Source: Dehalococcoidia bacterium (GTDB taxonomy: Bacteria > Chloroflexota > Dehalococcoidia > Plut-88900). From it: a stretch of 64,000 bases of DNA. Positions 46,793 through 58,800 of the stretch are shown piece by piece (position 1 is the first letter of the stretch; each line of letters begins with the position of its first letter). Location: positions 280,095 to 344,094 of the forward strand of contig OZ240221.1 of assembly GCA_965197675.1 (NCBI GenBank). Direction: 5' to 3'. The position numbers and the translations under genes were made by a program. Below the pieces are notes generated by a model. The model had not been told where the DNA came from and did not search any database. It saw only the letters and a list, made by a program, of their open reading frames with translations.

Positions 46793-47776
46793 ATGTCCAC
46801 GTCTGAACTAACCGCCGATAAGGAACAGATGCTAGGTCTTTACCAAGGCATGATGACCATTCGACAGTTCGAGGAGCGGGCTAAACGGGAGGCAGACTCA
46901 GGAAAGGCCATAGGAGGAATACATTCCTCGGTGGGACAGGAGGCGGTAGCTGTGGGGATCTGTCATCATCTGCGTCCCGATGATTACCTGTTGGGCAATC
47001 ATAGAAGTCATCACCACAGCCTAGCCAAGGGCATAGAGATGAAAAAGATGATGGCTGAGCTGATGGGGAAGGTGACGGGCACCAATAAGGGCAAAGGCGG
47101 AACCATGCACATAGCCGATATGGACGTGGGAATGCTGGGTGCTAACGGTGTGGTCGGCTCCAACATACCCGTTGCAGCAGGAGCCGCCTTGAGTGCCAAG
47201 ACTAGAGGCACTGACCAAGTAGCGGTAGTGTTCTTTGGTGACGGAGGCGCAAACCAGGGCTCACTCCACGAGTCTCTGAATTTGGCTTCCATATGGAAGC
47301 TTCCGGTTATATTCGTATGCGAGAACAATCGATACGCTCAATCTACACCCGTGGAGTATTCTTTGGCGGGAGGTTCAGTCGCCAAGAGAGGTGAAGGGTA
47401 TGGAATCCCAGGCATTCAGGTTGATGGGCAGGACATAATGGCCGTTTCCGAAGTGGCAGAAGAGGCAATAGGTCGAGCAAGAGCAGGAGAAGGCCCCACC
47501 CTTATCGAGGCTCTCACCTACCGCTACTATGGCCACTTTGGGGCTGATGATCCCTCTGGATACAGGCTCAAGGACGAGGAGGAGTACTATCGAGGCAAAG
47601 ATTGCATAGAGAGCTTCAAAGTGAAACTGCTGGAAGATGAGACGGCGACCAAGGAGGAGCTAGCAGCCATAAACCAGCAGATCCTAGACAAGCTGGATGA
47701 AGCAGTGAAGTTCGCCGACGAGAGTCCATGGCCACCTCCAGAAGAAGTCACCACAGACGTTTATGTCAATTACTAG
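46793..47776 (+). CDS. acoA: TPP-dependent dehydrogenase E1 alpha (acetoin/pyruvate type)
   Basis: GQEA, HRSH, GDGG...NN TPP motif, TYRYYGH. Confidence 0.82.
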   Translation: MSTSELTADKEQMLGLYQGMMTIRQFEERAKREADSGKAIGGIHSSVGQEAVAVGICHHLRPDDYLLGNHRSHHHSLAKGIEMKKMMAELMGKVTGTNKGKGGTMHIADMDVGMLGANGVVGSNIPVAAGAALSAKTRGTDQVAVVFFGDGGANQGSLHESLNLASIWKLPVIFVCENNRYAQSTPVEYSLAGGSVAKRGEGYGIPGIQVDGQDIMAVSEVAEEAIGRARAGEGPTLIEALTYRYYGHFGADDPSGYRLKDEEEYYRGKDCIESFKVKLLEDETATKEELAAINQQILDKLDEAVKFADESPWPPPEEVTTDVYVNY

Positions 47777-47799
47777 AGGACAAAGTCTAAGGAGGCATC

Positions 47800-48867
47800 A
47801 TGGCAACGACGACTTCGCAAGAAATAGGTGGAAGACGCCTCAGTTACCTGCGAGCTCTCAACGAGGCGATAATGCAGGAGATGGAACGCGACTCCTCGGT
47901 AATCGTGATGGGCGAAGACATGGCGGGGGGAGCTGGCCGAGAAGACCAGGGAATAGTTGATGCATGGGGAGGCTCCTTCGGCTTTACCAAGGATCTTCTA
48001 CCCAAGTTCGGTGCTCACCGGGTCTTGGACACTCCCATCTCTGAGGCTGGATTCATCGGAGCGGCGGTGGGAGCGGCCGCTACGGGGCTGAGGCCCGTAG
48101 TAGAGCTGATGTTCGTCGGTTTCTACGGCGTCTGCGCAGATCAGATAACTAACAACGCCTCCAAGATGCACTATATGTTCGGCGGCAAGGTGAAGCTACC
48201 GCTGACGATATTTACCAACATAGGCGCCGGTGTAGGGGAAGCAGCTCAACATTCAGAAACTCTGTACTCTACTTTTACTCACTTTCCAGGGCTTAAATGT
48301 GTCGTCCCCTCTGATTCTTACACGGCCAAAGGATTAATGGCCGCGGCCATCCGCGATGACGATCCAGTGATACTGTTCTATCATAAGCTGCTGCTAGGCA
48401 GCTCTGGGTTTGGTCCTGAACCCACTCCAGGTTGGTACGTACCGGAGGAGGCCTATACCTTTCCTATCGGCAAAGCCAACATCGCCAGAGAAGGCACTGA
48501 CGTGACATTGATTGGGATAGGCTATACCACGGCTCTGTCCCTTCAAGCAGCCCAAGACTTGCAGTCTGAAGGAATCAATGCCGAGGTAGTAGACCTCCTT
48601 TCCCTCTCACCCATGGATGAAGAGACCATCCTCTCTTCTGTAAAGAAGACCAGAAGAGTGGTAATAACCGATGAAGACTACCCTAGATGTAGTGTAGCCA
48701 GCGATCTCTCGGCACTGGTGGCAGAGCAGGCTTTCGATTACTTGGATGCACCACCCCGCAGGGTCGCTCCTCCCCATGCTCCCATCCCCTATAGTCAGGC
48801 CCTAGAGCGCCTTTGGATACCTACTAAAGAAAAAGTCATCGACGCAGCCAAGGCCGTACTGGAATAG
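47800..48867 (+). CDS. acoB: TPP-dependent dehydrogenase E1 beta (acetoin type)
   Basis: GED.AGG...DAWGG insert typical of AcoB, DTPISE, AAQHS, FDYLDAP. Confidence 0.82.
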   Translation: MATTTSQEIGGRRLSYLRALNEAIMQEMERDSSVIVMGEDMAGGAGREDQGIVDAWGGSFGFTKDLLPKFGAHRVLDTPISEAGFIGAAVGAAATGLRPVVELMFVGFYGVCADQITNNASKMHYMFGGKVKLPLTIFTNIGAGVGEAAQHSETLYSTFTHFPGLKCVVPSDSYTAKGLMAAAIRDDDPVILFYHKLLLGSSGFGPEPTPGWYVPEEAYTFPIGKANIAREGTDVTLIGIGYTTALSLQAAQDLQSEGINAEVVDLLSLSPMDEETILSSVKKTRRVVITDEDYPRCSVASDLSALVAEQAFDYLDAPPRRVAPPHAPIPYSQALERLWIPTKEKVIDAAKAVLE

Positions 48868-48874
48868 GGTTGAG

Positions 48875-50044
48875 ATGGCTACCGATATCCGCATGCCCCA
48901 CCTCGGTATGATCATGACGGAGGGCACTCTGGCTAAGTGGTACAAGAGCGCTGGCGAGACGGTCGCTCAGGGAGAGCCGCTAGCGGAGATAACCACCGAG
49001 AAGATAACCTATGAGTTGGAAGCCCCTGCGACTGGGGTTTTCCACCCCGTAGTAACTGAAGGCGATGTAGTCCCGGTGGAAGGGCTAATCGCTCACCTGT
49101 TGGCGGAGGGTGAATCTCTGCCCAAACCCCAAAAGGTTGAAGCGGCAACCCCTCAGTCTTCCTCGGCTTCAGTTCAGCAGAGGGCAACTATCGCTCCTCC
49201 TCCAGAGGGAATTAGAGCTGCGCCGGCGGCCCGGCGCCTCGCCTCGGAGTTGGGAATAGATATCTCTCAGGTTCCACCTAGCCGTCCTGGGGGGCGCATC
49301 GTAGAGGCCGACGTCCGAGCGTATGTCGAAACATCCAAATCATCTACTCCGGCTCCTGGCATTCCCACCGCTTCTCGCGTAGAACCGATGAAGGGAATTC
49401 GTCGGACTATTGCCAATAACATGCGACGCAGCCTGGCAGACAGTGCTCAGCTTTCCTTCCATTTGGACATTGACATGACGGAGGCCATGGCCCTCCGACG
49501 ACAACATTCCCAGAGGGTTGACGTCTCCATCTCTACGGTGGACATATTCATCAAGGCTTGTGCAGAGGCTTTAGTCAAACACCCACAACTGAACACAGTG
49601 CTTCAAGATGGGCAGATACACTATTTCGATGAAGTCAACATGGGAGTGGCGGTGGCATTGGATGAGGGGCTAATGGTGCCAGTGGTCCATAGGGTTCACG
49701 ATATGAACATCTCTGCCATCGCCAAAGAGCGGGCATCTATAGTCGCCAAGACACGGGAGGGAAAACTTCATCCGGATGATGTTGGAGGCGGGACATTCAC
49801 CTTGACCGTTCTGGGCACAGTCGACGGGTTTACACCTATTCTCAATCCTGGTCAGAGTGCCATTTTGGGAGTAGGTAGGGTAGATAAGCGGCCTGTGGTT
49901 TCGGGAGACGAGATCGTCATCAGGGAGATGGCAACCCTCAGCCTAACGGTTGACCATCAGGTGGTAGATGGGGCACAGTCGGCTAGCTTCCTGCGGAGAT
50001 TGAAGCAAATCCTGGAACATCCCGAACCCTTGTTTAAGACCTAA
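48875..50044 (+). CDS. acoC: Dihydrolipoamide acyltransferase E2
   Basis: Lipoyl ITTEKIT, E3-binding PAARRLA, catalytic DHQVVDG. Confidence 0.82.
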   Translation: MATDIRMPHLGMIMTEGTLAKWYKSAGETVAQGEPLAEITTEKITYELEAPATGVFHPVVTEGDVVPVEGLIAHLLAEGESLPKPQKVEAATPQSSSASVQQRATIAPPPEGIRAAPAARRLASELGIDISQVPPSRPGGRIVEADVRAYVETSKSSTPAPGIPTASRVEPMKGIRRTIANNMRRSLADSAQLSFHLDIDMTEAMALRRQHSQRVDVSISTVDIFIKACAEALVKHPQLNTVLQDGQIHYFDEVNMGVAVALDEGLMVPVVHRVHDMNISAIAKERASIVAKTREGKLHPDDVGGGTFTLTVLGTVDGFTPILNPGQSAILGVGRVDKRPVVSGDEIVIREMATLSLTVDHQVVDGAQSASFLRRLKQILEHPEPLFKT

Positions 50045-50840
50045 GTTAATGCATCGTGCTGACGATCTATTTTCTATCAGTGCTTACGACTGACCGAGTC
50101 TGAATATACTACCCCGGAGAAAACCAAGACCCTCATTGTTTTGCATATAGCTGCCTGCAGCATTTCAAAGGAGGGCGCATGATGATCAACGCCTATCTAT
50201 AAGACGGGACTACAGTAGGCCAGAGACACGAAAGCCTCGACACGATCTTTATGTCTTGATGAGTACTTGGCTAAAAGCGAGAAGTTTTTGGGATTCCCCA
50301 AGCTGAACTACTGGTCAAAGGGGCTTGAAAAAGAGAGCGACTGCTTATGATTCGAGGTGTGACACGTCTTTATGTTGAGTCGCTGTAGGGCCAACTATAG
50401 GGGATGGATGGAGGTGTATGGGTTCAATGCTGGAGCCGCGGAGTATCCACTCGGCTTGGCCGTGTATGCAGAAACAGTCGCCAGTGAACAGCGCCACGAC
50501 TTGTTGACAAGAGGGCAGACAGTCTGGGGAGAAGGCAGCCGAATTCGGCGCTCACCTTACTGCCTCAGAGTCTGAATCAATGGCACTATTGAATAGTTTA
50601 TTTCTAAGTTTGCAGATATAGATTTCCAGGGTTATCGGACTCGGTTTTTCAAGACTCAGATGGGATAAAGCCACAATATCAACATATTACCTTCTATGTC
50701 GGTGACTGCTGTAATAATAACGATGAGGAAAACAAGGCATTTCTCATACCCAAACCCCGAGGGGAACTCGTAGACTATATGCTTTCATCGTAATTTGCAT
50801 CGACGTAGAGTAACGATAGAATATCCTCATGGTAATGCAT

Positions 50841-50916
<76 letters not shown>

Positions 50917-51103
50917 CCGTGCACTGAAACAAGTACCATCTTCGAGCTTTGGCTGGGAGGCCTAGGACGGCCCAAATGATAGGTTCGAGCCCTTTCAATT
51001 GGGCGTACCTGAATGCCTAAGACATGCGAGACATGACGGCGGGGCGGGAGAACGCTCATATGGGCGGGAAAGCCCGTCGGCAGAAGGTGAAAGCGAGGAC
51101 GTA

Positions 51104-51373
51104 ATGGACAACGACAGACTAAGGAACTTACTCAGTCAGGTTAAGAGCCATGATATAGCCGCGGGAGACTTCACCGACGACGAATTGCGATACTGTACAG
51201 ATCAAGGGTTGACTATGGGGGGGATTGGCGTTGTGACTCGGTCCATCGAGGTCACTCCCGGTAGCCTGGACCCGCTACCTGATCCAATGAACGGGCAACG
51301 TCCTCCAGTGGGACTGACAGCGAAGGGCGAACGAATCCTCGCGGCCCTTGAACCGGAGAAGGCGTCAGAGTAG
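51104..51373 (+). CDS. Hypothetical protein
   Basis: GAGGA RBS; ends GLTAKGERIL (wHTH-like wing); followed by a hairpin. Confidence 0.5.
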   Translation: MDNDRLRNLLSQVKSHDIAAGDFTDDELRYCTDQGLTMGGIGVVTRSIEVTPGSLDPLPDPMNGQRPPVGLTAKGERILAALEPEKASE

Positions 51374-51374
51374 G

Positions 51375-51410
51375 AACGGCCCGCTGATGGTCAATCCCCA
51401 GCGGGCCGTT
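51375..51410. terminator. Hairpin, probable terminator
   Basis: AACGGCCCGCTG/CAGCGGGCCGTT 12-bp stem just after the stop codon. Confidence 0.55.
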
Positions 51411-51635
51411 GGGGGACGAGGCACTAAACCTCTTTCTCGAAGTCGTCGCTCTATCCCTTAAGGATCCCCCTTACACGCCTCTGCGACTCCTAGGTCTCGC
51501 CCAAGCACGTATTCTCGCACACACTCAGCGACTTCCGAACACCTCCCGCGGAGAGAGACGCCTTACTGGTGAACCAACTTGCTCTCCTTGCGATCCTGAA
51601 GTCCTTTGTGGAGTATCCTGAGTCGCCATAGCCTC

Positions 51636-51824
51636 TTACCCCCTGCTTGAAACGTAAGGCCCAGCAGGACCAGCGGTGCGGATGCCGCCCGTGTTCAGCG
51701 CGGCGACGATGCGATGGGTACAATATTCGATACACTGCACCTTGCCGTTGAGGCGCATGGAGACCTGATTCGCGTAGGTTTTGATACCGCCGGGCTCGTC
51801 GCAGTGCTGACAGTCGTGATCCAT
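51636..51824 (-). CDS. Cys-containing hypothetical, probably truncated
   Basis: CQHC..CIEYC..IVAALN.GGIRT. Confidence 0.4.
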   Translation of the reverse strand: MDHDCQHCDEPGGIKTYANQVSMRLNGKVQCIEYCTHRIVAALNTGGIRTAGPAGPYVSSRG

Positions 51825-51878
51825 ACATTCATTCTTTCAGACCGACAGCACCGGTTTCAGCCATAGGAGGGATGTCCG

Positions 51879-52061
51879 ATGAATCAAAGGGACCAGCGAG
51901 TCTTCGTCACCATACTTGCCGGATTGATCGCCGCCGCCGCCGTCCTCAGTTTCGTTGATTGGCTACTAGAGCAGTGGTGGTTCCCGCTGGTTGTGGTCAT
52001 ACTCCTAGTGGGTGCGCTCGTTATTCTTTGGGCCTATCTCAAAAAGCAGGGCGTCATCTAG
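51879..52061 (+). CDS. Small two-TM membrane protein
   Basis: AGGAGG RBS; two hydrophobic helices. Confidence 0.65.
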   Translation: MNQRDQRVFVTILAGLIAAAAVLSFVDWLLEQWWFPLVVVILLVGALVILWAYLKKQGVI

Positions 52062-52064
52062 CCT

Positions 52065-52364
52065 TTACACCGGCGTCCTTACTTGCCCTCGAGTCTGGAT
52101 GAACACGGCCCTATGTGCTAGTTCCTGCTTCCCCTCGATAGTGTGGACGGCGTAGCCGTCCCTGTTCAGTCCGAATCTCCACACCAAGCAGTACCCGAAG
52201 GGGCTGAAGGGAGAGTTCACCTGCATGGGCACGCCGAAGCAGTCGGCAGGGGCGATGGGCCCTTCGTTCCAGTTCCTCCCAGGTCTTGGGTTCCGGGTCT
52301 GGGGGTTGCCGCCATACCACCGTTCGATGATGGCATCTCGCTCTGTTTGGTAGTCTCTCGGCAT
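52065..52364 (-). pseudogene. Truncated phage-type HNH endonuclease
   Basis: CLVW..GLNRDGY....G...LAHR motif; stops before the H-N-H core. Confidence 0.65.
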
Positions 52365-52495
52365 TCTTCCGCTCTAACCTCCGTCCTAGAGTCATCGTCC
52401 CGCTCGACTAGGCGGTCATGTCGGCCGCCGACCGGTGACAACGACCAGACTAGGATGTGGTACCGTTTCGACCTGTCTAGTACACGTTCACGACT

Positions 52496-52780
52496 TCAGC
52501 CCTCCCGCTCTTTCACGTAATCGACCATATCCTGGTAAGCCTGGTCTCCGGTCAATTGATCCCTCGACTCAAAGCAGAGCTTTACCGCGAGCTCTACGGC
52601 GCTTTCCATAGAGGCCACCCAGTTCCCCCAACCGTTCGGCAATCTGACGTTGAGGTGGCCTGAGTTGTATGTAATCGTTACCCTGGTTCCCCGCTCGTCG
52701 GTTACGGTGGCATTCTTGTCGTCCACTGAGACCTCGACAATGAATTCTTCCCCGCTTTGCTTGATCCTACGACTCAACAT
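52496..52780 (-). CDS. Hypothetical protein
   Basis: AAGGAGAGG RBS then ATG at 52780. Confidence 0.55.
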   Translation of the reverse strand: MLSRRIKQSGEEFIVEVSVDDKNATVTDERGTRVTITYNSGHLNVRLPNGWGNWVASMESAVELAVKLCFESRDQLTGDQAYQDMVDYVKEREG

Positions 52781-52907
52781 TTTGGCGATCCTCTCCTTCC
52801 AGGAACCGTGTGTTGTTGCCAGTCCTGAGTGCAATTCGTCCCACTAAGAGGTACGGTACCCCTTTCCGTCTCACCCACCACCAACTCACCCCCGGTGGCA
52901 GGTCTCC

Positions 52908-53490
52908 CTACAACCAATTGCGCGTCAGCTCGGACACGTACCGTCTACCCAATCCGTCGGCGCCATCTTTGAGCCAGTCGGAAAGCCTTGTCGTGCCGGT
53001 GGGCTGCTCTTCCGATGTCAGCAGCCCAGCCATCAGGCCGTCAACCTCGTCGCGCGTGAGCGCCACGTCCCGCATCATCAGGCCGACCAGTCCGGTCAGA
53101 GCGAGACCCACCAACGGAGGCGTGTGCAGGAACCTCCTTCGCACGCCCATCGAGGAGGCCAGCAGCCGAAGCAGTTCCTCGAATGAGAACGTGTCAGGCC
53201 CGGCTGCGTCGGCGATGGAGCTCTCGCTCCGGGAACCGGCCTCCACCGCCTGGGCCGCAAGGTCTTCGACATAGACGGGTTGGTCCGGGTAGTCACCGCT
53301 CCCGTAGACGGGGAAGACGGGAAAGCGCCTCAGCGCCCAGGCCATGTTGTTGAGCAGCAGGTCACCGACCCCGAAGACCAGGGTAGGTCTGATGATGGCG
53401 TAGGGGACTCCGAGGCTCACCAGCATATCCTCTACCTGAGCCTTGCCTCTGAAATATGGCAGGTCTAACTCGGTAGATGGGTTCGTCACC
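52908..53490 (-). pseudogene. NAD-dependent epimerase/SDR (NDUFA9-like), 5'-truncated
   Basis: TNPS..LPYFRGKA (YxxxK), IIRPTLVFG, QPVYVEDLA, AGPDTFSF; Rossmann N-terminus absent. Confidence 0.8.
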
Positions 53491-56400
53491 TTCGGACACC
53501 TGGACCACAACGCGCTCTCTCCCCTCAGCGGCCTCAGCACCGCGTCACCCGTCAACTTCGATTTCCGCTACTACGCCCTGTCCGGGGTCTTCCGGGTGGG
53601 GGAGCCGGTGAGTCCCCACCGCCGCTGGGTGGACAACCGCCAGGGCAGCGCCAGCGCCGAGTACGCCAACACCGGCGGCTACGCCGTCGCCCAGGGCTTC
53701 CGCACCGGCGACACCGCCGGCATCTTCGAGGTCCACGAGATCTCCGTCGACTTCGAGCGGGGCCAGCCCGCCGGCAACATCCAGGTAAGGATCGTCGAGT
53801 CCACCGCGCCCGGCGACTCCTGGGAGTACGCCGCGCCTTCCGGCTTTTGGAAGGGGGGCAACTACCGGCCCCAGGCCGTAACCAACGGCGGCGTCCACAC
53901 CTTCCGCCGGGTCTCCGGCAACGGCGCCCTCCGGGCCAACACCAACTACTTCCTGGTCATCGAGTCCACCAGCAACGACCCGGACGCCGCCGCCGTCGTC
54001 CGCATGACCGGGTACGAGGGCGAATTCTCGGAGGACGGCTGGACCGTGGACGACTACTCCCACTCCAAGAGCAAGCAGCCCAACGCGACCTGGACCAAAC
54101 AGGACCACCAGGTGCGCTTCCGCATCGCCGGCAGCTACTGGGAGGGCCTCGGCATGGCCGGCGACTCCTACGCCTACGAGAGCTGCGTTGAGCTGAGGCG
54201 GGGCGAACGAACAAATTGCATCGCAGCGGTCGCCGTACCGGAACCCGCCGATCCGGCGAATCCGCCGGAAAACGTGCGCCGGTCCAGCCTGGCGCTGGAC
54301 TCCGACGACTTCCCCGGATTCACCGGCTGGTGGCAATGGATGCACGAATACATCGCCTTCCCGGTCACCATGAACCCGCTGCCCACCGGCAGCGACTACG
54401 TGACCATGTTGGTCGGCGCCCGTGATTACACCGCCAAGAGCGGCCAGGACTACTGGGGCAGCAGCGAAAGCGTCCGCTTTGACGCCAACAGCAACCATAC
54501 GCAGATCGTGAAACTGAGGATCATCGACGACCGGGTGGAGGACAGCGGCGAGTACTTCTATTTCTACCTGTTCCAGTGCCGGGACCAGAACGGCGACAAC
54601 TGCGACCACCTGTTCTCCGTCGACAGCTCGGTCAAGGGCATCATCTACAACACGGAGGAGTCGAAGGAGATCTCCTACCTCGCGGTCTCCGACGTGACAG
54701 TCACCGAGGGGGAGGGCGCCACCGCCGAGTTCACGGTCTCGCTGACCGCGCCGACGACCGCAGCCGTTCACTTCGACTACGCCACCGAGGACGGGACCGC
54801 CAGGGACGGCGCCGACTACACCGGCGGCAGCGGCAGCGCCTTCCTCGCCAACGGGGACACCAGCGTCACCATCTCGGTGCCAATCGCCAACGACGACGTC
54901 TGGACCGGAGAGCGCAGCTTCACCCTGAAGATCAGCGAGGCGGTATACGCCGCCATCTCCGACGACACCGGCGTCGCCACCATCAAAGACGACGAGCCCC
55001 AGCCGCTCATCGCCCGGTTCGCCAACCTGCCCGAAGGCAACCACGGCGAGAGCGGCTTCAAGTTCAACATCGCCTTCAATCAGGACGTCGCCACCCGGTA
55101 CCTGGTCATGCAGGAAGACGTCCTGACCGTGACGGGCGGGGAGATCACCGGCGCCCAGCGCATCGAAAAACGCCGCGACTTCTGGCGCATCACGGTCCAG
55201 CCCGACAGCGGCGAGGACGTGACGGTCCACCTGCCGGCCACCGCGGACTGCGCCGCCGCCGGCGCGGTCTGCACCGGGGGGACAGCCCGCAGCCGCTCTC
55301 CAACAGCGTCAGCCACACCTTCGCCGGGACCGAGCTGAACGCCCGGTTCGAGAGATTCGAGTACTACCACGACGGCGCGGGGCTGCTGCGGATCCACCTG
55401 GCGTTCAGCGAGGAGGTCGACACGGACGCGGCGGAGATCCGGGACCACGCCCTGGCGGTGACCGGCGGGGCGGTCACCGCCGTGGCCCGGAGGGAGGAGG
55501 ACAGCGCCCGGAGATGGACCGTGATGGTCAGGCCCGCCGGGACGGCCGACATCGAGGTGAGAATATCCCCGGCCACGGACTGCGCCCTGGACGGCCACAT
55601 CTGCACCCCGGACGGGGAGCTGCTGGCCCGGGGGGACCGGAAGACCAGCGCCGGCCCGCCGGTCATCTCGGTGGCCGACGCGGCCGCAACCGAAGGAGAG
55701 GGGGCGCAGCTGGTCTTCAACGTAACCCTGGACCGGAACTGGTCCGGCCCGGCGGTGACGGTCAGCTACGCCACGTCGGACGGGACGGCGTCCGCCGGCT
55801 CGGACTACACCGCCGGCAGCGGCAGCCTCACCCTGGAGTGGACCCACACGGGCAGCCTCATCCGGCCGTGGACCCTGGCGGGAACCATCACGGTGCCCGT
55901 AACCGACGACACCCTGGCCGAGGGCCCGGAGACCCTGACCCTCACCCTGTCGGGACCGGGGTGGGCGACGCTGGGCGCCGCCGCCACCGGCACCATCGAG
56001 GACGGCGACGAGGCCCCCACCCCGGAGGACCCGCCGGCCGAAGCCCCAACCGACGACTCCCCGCCAACGGGCCTGCCCGTGGTCACCGGCGCCTTCCAGG
56101 CCGACGACGCGCTCACGGCGGACACCTCGGCCATCGCCGACGCCAACGGCCTGACCGGAGTCGCCTACAGCTACCAGTGGACAGAAAGCAGCGCCGGCAC
56201 GGACACCGGCATCGACGGCGCGACCGGCGCCACCCACACGCCGCGCCACGCCGACGTGGGCCGGACCTTCAGGGTAAAGGTGACCTTCACCGACGACGAC
56301 GGCTACGAGCACACCCTGACCAGTGAGCCGACGGCTCCCATCACGAAGCGCGCCGACGCCGCCGTGTGGTCCGCCGACATGCTGGTCGTCGAGTACACCG

Positions 56401-57953
56401 AGATTTCCATCGGCGCCGCCAGCGCCGACCTGTTCTCCAACATCGGCGGCGCCGGAAGCCTCCGGATCAAGTCCCTCTGGTCCTACAGACCGGACGACGA
56501 CCTGCGGCTGGCGTTCCAGGACGCCTTCGACGATGCCGGCGACCACACCCTCATCGTCGGCGACCTCACGCTGGAGTTTCCCGAAGGGAGCTCAGGCGAG
56601 CAGAGCTTCAAGTGGACCGACGTCGACCTCGACTGGGAAGACGGTGAGACGATTGCTGTCCGCATCGTCCCGACGACGCCGGTGGAACCCACACCCAACA
56701 CGCCGGCAACGGGCCTGCCCACCATCAATGGAACTCCGCAGGTTGGCGTGACGCTCACTGCGGACGTTTCAGGTATCACTGACGCCAACGGCCTGACCGG
56801 TGTCTCGTACAGCTACCAGTGGATTGCCAACAACGGAACGGCTGACACGGACCTTCAGGACGCCACCGCCTCGGCCTACACACCGTCGGTCAGCGACGTG
56901 GGCAAGACCATCAAAGTCAAGGTCTCATTCACCGATGACGCGAACACCGACGAGTCCCTGACCAGCGTTGCCACGACTGCGGTCGCCGCCACCGTACCCA
57001 CGGCGCCTCTGAGCTTGACCGTGGCAACAGGAGACCAGATCCAGGAGCTCGACGCGTCCTGGCAGGCCCCCGCATCCAACGGCGGTTCCGCCGTCACCGG
57101 CTACCGGGTGCAGTGGAAGGAGGCCGCGGACAGCTGGGACACCGCAAGCGACGTTTCCCAGGCCGCGGCGACCGGGACCGCCTACACCGTCACCGACCTG
57201 ACCGGCGGGGTGGAATACGCCGTAAGGGTCATCGCCACCAACGACGCGGGCGACGGCCCAGCTTCCACCGAGGCGAAGGGCACTCCCGCCGGAGGCGTCT
57301 CGGAACAGAACGTTGAGCCTGAGAACAATGCGCCCACCGGCCTGCCCGCCGTCGGCGGCACGCCCCAGGTGGGCGAGACGCTGACGGCGGACACCTCGGC
57401 GATTGCCGACGAGGACGGGCTGGACGGCGTTTCCTACAGCTACCAGTGGATCGCGGGAGGATCGGACATTGACGGGGCCACCGGCTCCAGCTACACCCTG
57501 ACTGCCAGCGAGCAGGGACAGACCATACAGGTGCGGGTGACATTCACCGACGACGCCGATAACGAGGAGACCCTGACCAGCGCGGCTACTGTGGCCGTGG
57601 CGGCGGCGGCGGTTCCCCTCACCGTCAGCGTGACGGTTTCTGCGCCGGCTTCCCACGACGGCTCATCCGAGTTCACCTTCGAAATAGAGTTCAGCGAGGA
57701 GTTCGGCCTGAGCTACAGGACCCTGAAGTTCGACGCCTTCAATGTAACGGGCGGGTCCGTGGAGAGGGCGCAGAGAACGGACAAGCCCAGCAACGTCCGA
57801 TGGCTGATCACGGTGAAGCCGCAAGGCAACGGGGACGTGACCATCGAGCTCCCAGCAACCACGGACTGCAACGCCGACGGCGCCATCTGCACCGGGGACG
57901 GCAGGATGCTGTCCAACTCGCTGAGCTTCACCGTATCAGGGCCGGGCCAGTAG
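53485..57953 (+). pseudogene. Large surface protein (Calx-beta, Ig-like, FN3), 5'-truncated and frameshifted at a G6 run
   Basis: Calx-beta (DYATEDGTA..GADY, YATSDGTA.AGSDY), repeated TGLP.I.G..QVG.TLTAD.S.I.D.NGL..YSYQW, FN3 SWQAP..GG..VTGY.VQW; frame change near 55280. Confidence 0.82.
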
Positions 57954-58108
57954 AGGGCAACAAGAAAAGCAGGATACATGGATCAATCGGTGAGGCAGGC
58001 GTCCCCACCGGCAACCGGATCGCCCAGGGTCTGGGACGGACGGGAAAGGGGACGCTTGCACCCGGATTGGAGAGAGTCACCGGCTGTGCTCCGAGAGGGC
58101 TTTGTGCG

Positions 58109-58423
58109 ATGCCTCGACAGCGCGTACCCCACCAAAGAGAAACCCACGACATCCCCTCCCACTTCCCGCAGCGGTTGAAGCGGTTCCAGGAGGAGTCCGA
58201 GCTGCCGTGGGCGGAGATTGCGCGCCGCCTCGGAACCTATCCTCACACGGTGTGGCTCTGGAAAGAAGGCAAGTCTCGGCCCAACCAGCATCACATGAAG
58301 GCGTTGCTCGACCTGGCGGACGACCTGGACCTCGGTCACCTGTTCACCGACTGGAGCATCCGGCGCGAAACGGGGAATGGGACGCCCGGCTCCGCCGGGG
58401 GCGGCCGCGACCGCAGGGGCTGA
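58109..58423 (+). CDS. XRE-family HTH protein
   Basis: LPWAEIARRLGTYPHTVWLWKEGKSRPN. Confidence 0.75.
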   Translation: MPRQRVPHQRETHDIPSHFPQRLKRFQEESELPWAEIARRLGTYPHTVWLWKEGKSRPNQHHMKALLDLADDLDLGHLFTDWSIRRETGNGTPGSAGGGRDRRG

Positions 58424-58457
58424 AAGGCAAAAAAGGCGGCATACATTGGCGTGCCGA

Positions 58458-58488
58458 GGGAAGGACACCGCGATTCGGTGTCCTTCCC
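58458..58488. terminator. Hairpin between convergent ORFs
   Basis: GGGAAGGACACCG-CGATT-CGGTGTCCTTCCC 13-bp stem. Confidence 0.6.
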
Positions 58489-58496
58489 CCACGTCT

Positions 58497-58800
58497 CTAG
58501 GCGGCGGCCATCTCCGGCTGCCTGAGCATGGCGGAGTAGCCGGGCATCAGGACGGGCGTCATCGACAACCGGCCCGCGCCGTCGTACCCGGCACGGTAGG
58601 CGTACTCCGCCTTCGCGCCCCAGGGCACCCGGCCACCGACGCGCACGACGGGGCCTCCGGACCTGCCGCTCCGGCCAACCCGCAGGCCGGTACGCCAGCT
58701 GCACAAAACTGAAGGCGACCACGAACCAGTGTGCCCAGACCAGTATGGTCGCGACGAATCTCAGCCCGTCCGGGTCTTTGGCATGAGCGGGTCGACGCTC
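58497..58800 (-). pseudogene. Fused gene fragments (membrane-protein N-terminus joined to an unrelated C-terminus)
   Basis: DPDGLRFVATILVWAHWFVV..YRP then out-of-frame ..GYDGAGRLSMTPVLMPGYSAML..AA-stop. Confidence 0.4.

Noticed and set aside
50050-50830. Missing E3 (lpd) gene or ncRNA after acoC
   Set aside because: No FAD-binding motif or credible ORF; E3 is probably encoded elsewhere
53545-57656. Long antisense and alternative-frame ORFs (561, 488, 270, 243 aa; first ~235 aa of the 1125-aa ORF)
   Set aside because: Shadow frames of the GC-rich surface-protein gene
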